Source of the DNA: Chlamydiales bacterium
GTDB lineage: Bacteria > Chlamydiota > Chlamydiia > Chlamydiales > JAAKFR01
DNA: 32,000 nt
Reading direction: 5' to 3'
Assembly (NCBI GenBank): GCA_041395025.1
Contig: JAWLBH010000001.1
Coordinates: 1,260,001 to 1,292,000 of the forward strand
In this document: positions 29,162-32,000 of the stretch, one piece after another
Layout: each line of letters starts with the position of its first letter
Position numbering within the stretch: position 1 is the stretch's first letter
Translations under genes and position numbers: made by a program
The notes under the pieces: model-generated
The model's input: the letters and a program-made list of their open reading frames with translations, nothing else
What the model was told of the DNA's origin: nothing
The model's database searches: none

Positions 29162-30091
29162 ATGCAAGAAAGAGAAATGTCATTTGAAGAGGCACTGTTT
29201 CCATGGGGCGATCTTCCTTATCCTTGCGAATACGCAAAGAGAGGTTTCGATCTAGCACAAAGAGGAGAAATTGAAAAAGCGAAGAAAATGACAAGATTTT
29301 ACCAAGCGACTCTTGACCACTATGATCGACCGATTTATTCATTTTTTCAACAAGAAAAAGGAGGGCGTTTTCAGGAGCTTGAGAGAGCGAGTCATGCCTT
29401 TTTAAAAGCATGTGATGTTCAACCATTATCTCAATACCATTTTATCGACTCTCAATTAGGGATCCTTTATCATCGACAAGAAGAACAAACTATTCTTTGT
29501 TTGGGATCAGGTTGTAAAAGTGGGATGGGTGCTTTTTTTGTTGGTAAAGTAGGGGTGGTGAATTTTGGTCCACAGTTAAAGCCACTTGGCGACTGTTCTG
29601 GATTTGGGCTAGCTGGGAAAGGAAGAAATATAGAGATTTCAGAAAATCTTTTAAGTTACCAATGTCGTTTAGCTGCCCCGCATCATAGAGATACTGGTAT
29701 TTCTTGGTTAAAAGATTCAGGTTACTGCGGAGCTTGGATTGAAAGTAGATGTGCAATAGATGATAATTGTTTAGATATCACGAGTCGGATTGAAGGGTTT
29801 CGCCCCCTTTCTGATTTTATTTTTACTTACTTTATGAAAGCGCAAACTTGTTATGTTGCTGGATCTCATAAATTGACTGCTCATTCACTTGATCGTTATC
29901 AAGGTCCACCTCAACCAATCAAAATCGATGGTTTAGTAGTTAACCCATGTGAAGGGTTTTGCAACATGGAAGTGATCCCATTAGCTGGAGATAATAGTTT
30001 TTGGGAAGCAGATTTTATGATTTCTTTTAAGATATTAAGGAAAAATTTTCATTTTACGATCAACACCTATAAAAATCTCTCATTGAAGTAA
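29162..30091 (+). CDS. Hypothetical Cys-rich protein (chlamydial conserved-position orphan)
   Basis: The long ORF is 320 codons from 29129. The track start would place the ihf terminator inside the coding region, so the ATG at 29162 or the ATG at 29177 (purine-rich AAGAAAGAGAA upstream) is more likely. I count 12 Cys, with no signal peptide and no motif I recognise. It occupies the same position (between himD and accA) as CT266 in C. trachomatis (from memory). Confidence 0.7.
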   Translation: MQEREMSFEEALFPWGDLPYPCEYAKRGFDLAQRGEIEKAKKMTRFYQATLDHYDRPIYSFFQQEKGGRFQELERASHAFLKACDVQPLSQYHFIDSQLGILYHRQEEQTILCLGSGCKSGMGAFFVGKVGVVNFGPQLKPLGDCSGFGLAGKGRNIEISENLLSYQCRLAAPHHRDTGISWLKDSGYCGAWIESRCAIDDNCLDITSRIEGFRPLSDFIFTYFMKAQTCYVAGSHKLTAHSLDRYQGPPQPIKIDGLVVNPCEGFCNMEVIPLAGDNSFWEADFMISFKILRKNFHFTINTYKNLSLK

Positions 30092-30371
30092 AACTACTTT
30101 CTTATTTCTCATAGAGTCTATGACTACAGATCATTTACCAAAGACCACAGCATGCTTTAATACTATCTGAGCGACAGATGGACTTTAAAGATGAAATGAG
30201 TACTTTTCAAAAAAAGCATTAGGCAAATTTGGAGTATTAAAGCATGATCAGTTGTCTAGAGCTCAAATCTTCTATGAGAAAAACAGGGTTTTCAAATGAA
30301 TCATAATAGTTTTTAGATCTGATTTTCTTAGTATACTAAATATATTAACTAAAAAGATTTAAATAGGTAAG

Positions 30372-30400
30372 TTGAAAGTTAATCTTCTATATTGTATCAT
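30372..30400 (+). promoter_or_regulatory. Candidate promoter of accA
   Basis: TTGAAA (30372-30377), a 17-nt spacer, then TATCAT (30395-30400), ending 30 nt upstream of the accA ATG. It rests on a consensus match only. Confidence 0.3.
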
Positions 30401-30429
30401 TTTCTTTTAAAGTTATTTAGGGACTATCG

Positions 30430-31422
30430 ATGGATATTTTGCCTCATGAAAAACAAATTGTTGAATATGAAAGAACTATTCAACAATTTAAAGAGCAAAA
30501 TCAAAAAAATTCTTTATTTTCTCAAGAAGAGATCCATAAATTTCAAAAAAAACTGAATAAGTTAAAAGAAAATATATATTCCAATCTAACTCCATGGGAA
30601 CGGGTTCAAATTTGTCGTCATCCGAAGCGTCCACGTTCTACTGACTATATTCAAAATATTTGTGAAGATTTTATTGAAATTTTTGGAGATCGTCATTTTA
30701 GTGATGACCGTGCTGTAATTGGGGGGCTTGGTAAGATTAATGGACGGAAATTTATGATCATTGGTCAAGAGAAGGGAAACGATACAGAAAGTCGCCTTCA
30801 TCGGAATTTTGGGATGCTTCATCCAGAAGGTTTTCGTAAAGGACTTCGTCTTGCTAGATTGGCTGAAAAATTTCATCTTCCTGTTGTTTTTCTTCTTGAT
30901 ACTCCTGGAGCGTACCCCGGATTAACGGCTGAGGAACGTGGACAAGGTTGGGCAATTGCCTATAATTTAAGAGAGCTTGTCCGTCTTACAACACCGGTGA
31001 TTGTATTGATTGTGGGCGAAGGATGTTCAGGAGGTGCTCTTGGAATGGGAATAGGAGATGTGATTGGGATGCTTGAACATGCCTATTATTCTGTGATTTC
31101 TCCTGAAGGGTGTGCATCTATTTTATGGAAAGATGCTGGAAAAAATAGTGAGGCAGCAGCAACTCTTAAAATGCAAGCTGAGGATCTAGTGAATTTTTCT
31201 GTAATTGATCATATTATCTATGAACCGATGGGAGGTGCTCATCATGATCGAGATCAGATTTATCGAGATGTAAAAGCTTTTATTTTAGAAAAATGGGATC
31301 TACTCAAATGCTATCCTCCTGAAGTACTACTCGAAAGACGCTATCAAAAATTTCGCAAAATGGGGCAATTCCAAACGGTAAATCATGAAACTTCTTCTCA
31401 AGTCAGCTCTGCTGAATCGTAA
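30430..31422 (+). CDS. accA: Acetyl-CoA carboxylase carboxyltransferase alpha subunit
   Basis: 330 aa with the AccA signature: [47 protein letters not shown], and [15 protein letters not shown]. Confidence 0.95.
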   Translation: MDILPHEKQIVEYERTIQQFKEQNQKNSLFSQEEIHKFQKKLNKLKENIYSNLTPWERVQICRHPKRPRSTDYIQNICEDFIEIFGDRHFSDDRAVIGGLGKINGRKFMIIGQEKGNDTESRLHRNFGMLHPEGFRKGLRLARLAEKFHLPVVFLLDTPGAYPGLTAEERGQGWAIAYNLRELVRLTTPVIVLIVGEGCSGGALGMGIGDVIGMLEHAYYSVISPEGCASILWKDAGKNSEAAATLKMQAEDLVNFSVIDHIIYEPMGGAHHDRDQIYRDVKAFILEKWDLLKCYPPEVLLERRYQKFRKMGQFQTVNHETSSQVSSAES

Positions 31423-32000
31423 ACACTATGCACTTCTTTTAGTGACAATTTTAGCGATGTTCATGCTGACTATTGGTTCGCAAATGGAAATGTTTGCACT
31501 AGGCGTAATTACAAAAATGGGTCCCGATTTTTTTACTCTTTTTGGGACAGAAAAAGAGGGTAGACTACAGCAAGCAAATAGTGTCACTTTAGATCAAGTT
31601 GAATCGAAATGGGGAGTAATTGCTTCAACACCACGGGGCCCGATTAGTATTGATGCAGCCAATGCTTATATCAGTCATCGAGGAGGAATGACGATTGTTC
31701 AAAGGCTTGTGGCTTTTTTAGATCGACATTTTGATATTCATAGGCATCTTGTTCACTTGGCTTTTATTTTGATTTTTGTTGCTTTTTTCAAAGCCACAGC
31801 GCTTTTTTTTCATCGCTATTTGACTCAGTTGATTTCGATTCGTGTTAGTCGTGATTTACGTCAACAGTATTTTGAGCATATTCAATCACTTCCAATGAAG
31901 TTTTATCATGATTACGATATTGGCAGCCTTTCAGCTCGTGTGTCTGGTGATGCAGGAGTTGTAGCATCTGCGATTAATTCCCTTTTATTGAACTATATCC
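31385..32000 (+). CDS. Edge-truncated CDS (first 205 codons): ABC exporter, MsbA-like transmembrane domain
   Basis: Missing from the ORF track because it has no stop within the window. The ATG at 31385 gives [28 protein letters not shown]..., followed by the ABC_membrane-type motif [41 protein letters not shown]. It overlaps the accA 3' end by 38 nt. msbA neighbours accA in C. trachomatis (CT264/CT265, from memory). Confidence 0.8.
   Translation, partial: MKLLLKSALLNRKHYALLLVTILAMFMLTIGSQMEMFALGVITKMGPDFFTLFGTEKEGRLQQANSVTLDQVESKWGVIASTPRGPISIDAANAYISHRGGMTIVQRLVAFLDRHFDIHRHLVHLAFILIFVAFFKATALFFHRYLTQLISIRVSRDLRQQYFEHIQSLPMKFYHDYDIGSLSARVSGDAGVVASAINSLLLNYI

Overview
This is an AT-rich bacterial chromosomal segment. 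From gene content and order I assign it to the phylum Chlamydiae (order Chlamydiales). It is probably not a Chlamydiaceae pathogen, because GroEL, the IHF/HU protein and others resemble the C. trachomatis sequences I remember but have clearly diverged. The window is almost entirely tightly packed core housekeeping genes. In order they are: ileS, lepB, a secreted orphan, rpmE (type B), prfA-prmC, ffh-rpsP-trmD-rplS-rnhB, yicC-gmk-(rpoZ-like)-metG, recD2, an EamA transporter, ogt, tRNA-Asn(GTT), groES-groEL preceded by a textbook CIRCE operator, pepF, ptsH, a DUF151 nuclease, rpiA, a Nif3-family gene, a charged orphan, tyrS, an IHF/HU gene, a Cys-rich orphan, accA, and the 5' end of an msbA-like ABC exporter. 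A 44-codon fragment of a SpoA/FliN-like gene sits at the left edge. From memory, ileS..recD mirrors the C. trachomatis CT019-CT033 block, groESL-pepF mirrors CT110-112, and IHF-orphan-accA-msbA mirrors CT267-264. I see no transposase, integrase, CRISPR array, toxin-antitoxin pair, recognisable defence gene or long repeat. I therefore do not think the window contains a demonstrable novel multi-gene system. The items worth a second look are single lineage-restricted ORFs (a gmk-linked omega-like ORF, a Cys-rich ORF next to the IHF gene, a secreted ORF next to lepB, a charged coiled-coil-like ORF and the edge SpoA-like ORF), a few ORF-free spacers with secondary structure, and several in-frame poly(A) tracts. 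All homology statements come from motif recognition by eye. No database search was possible.
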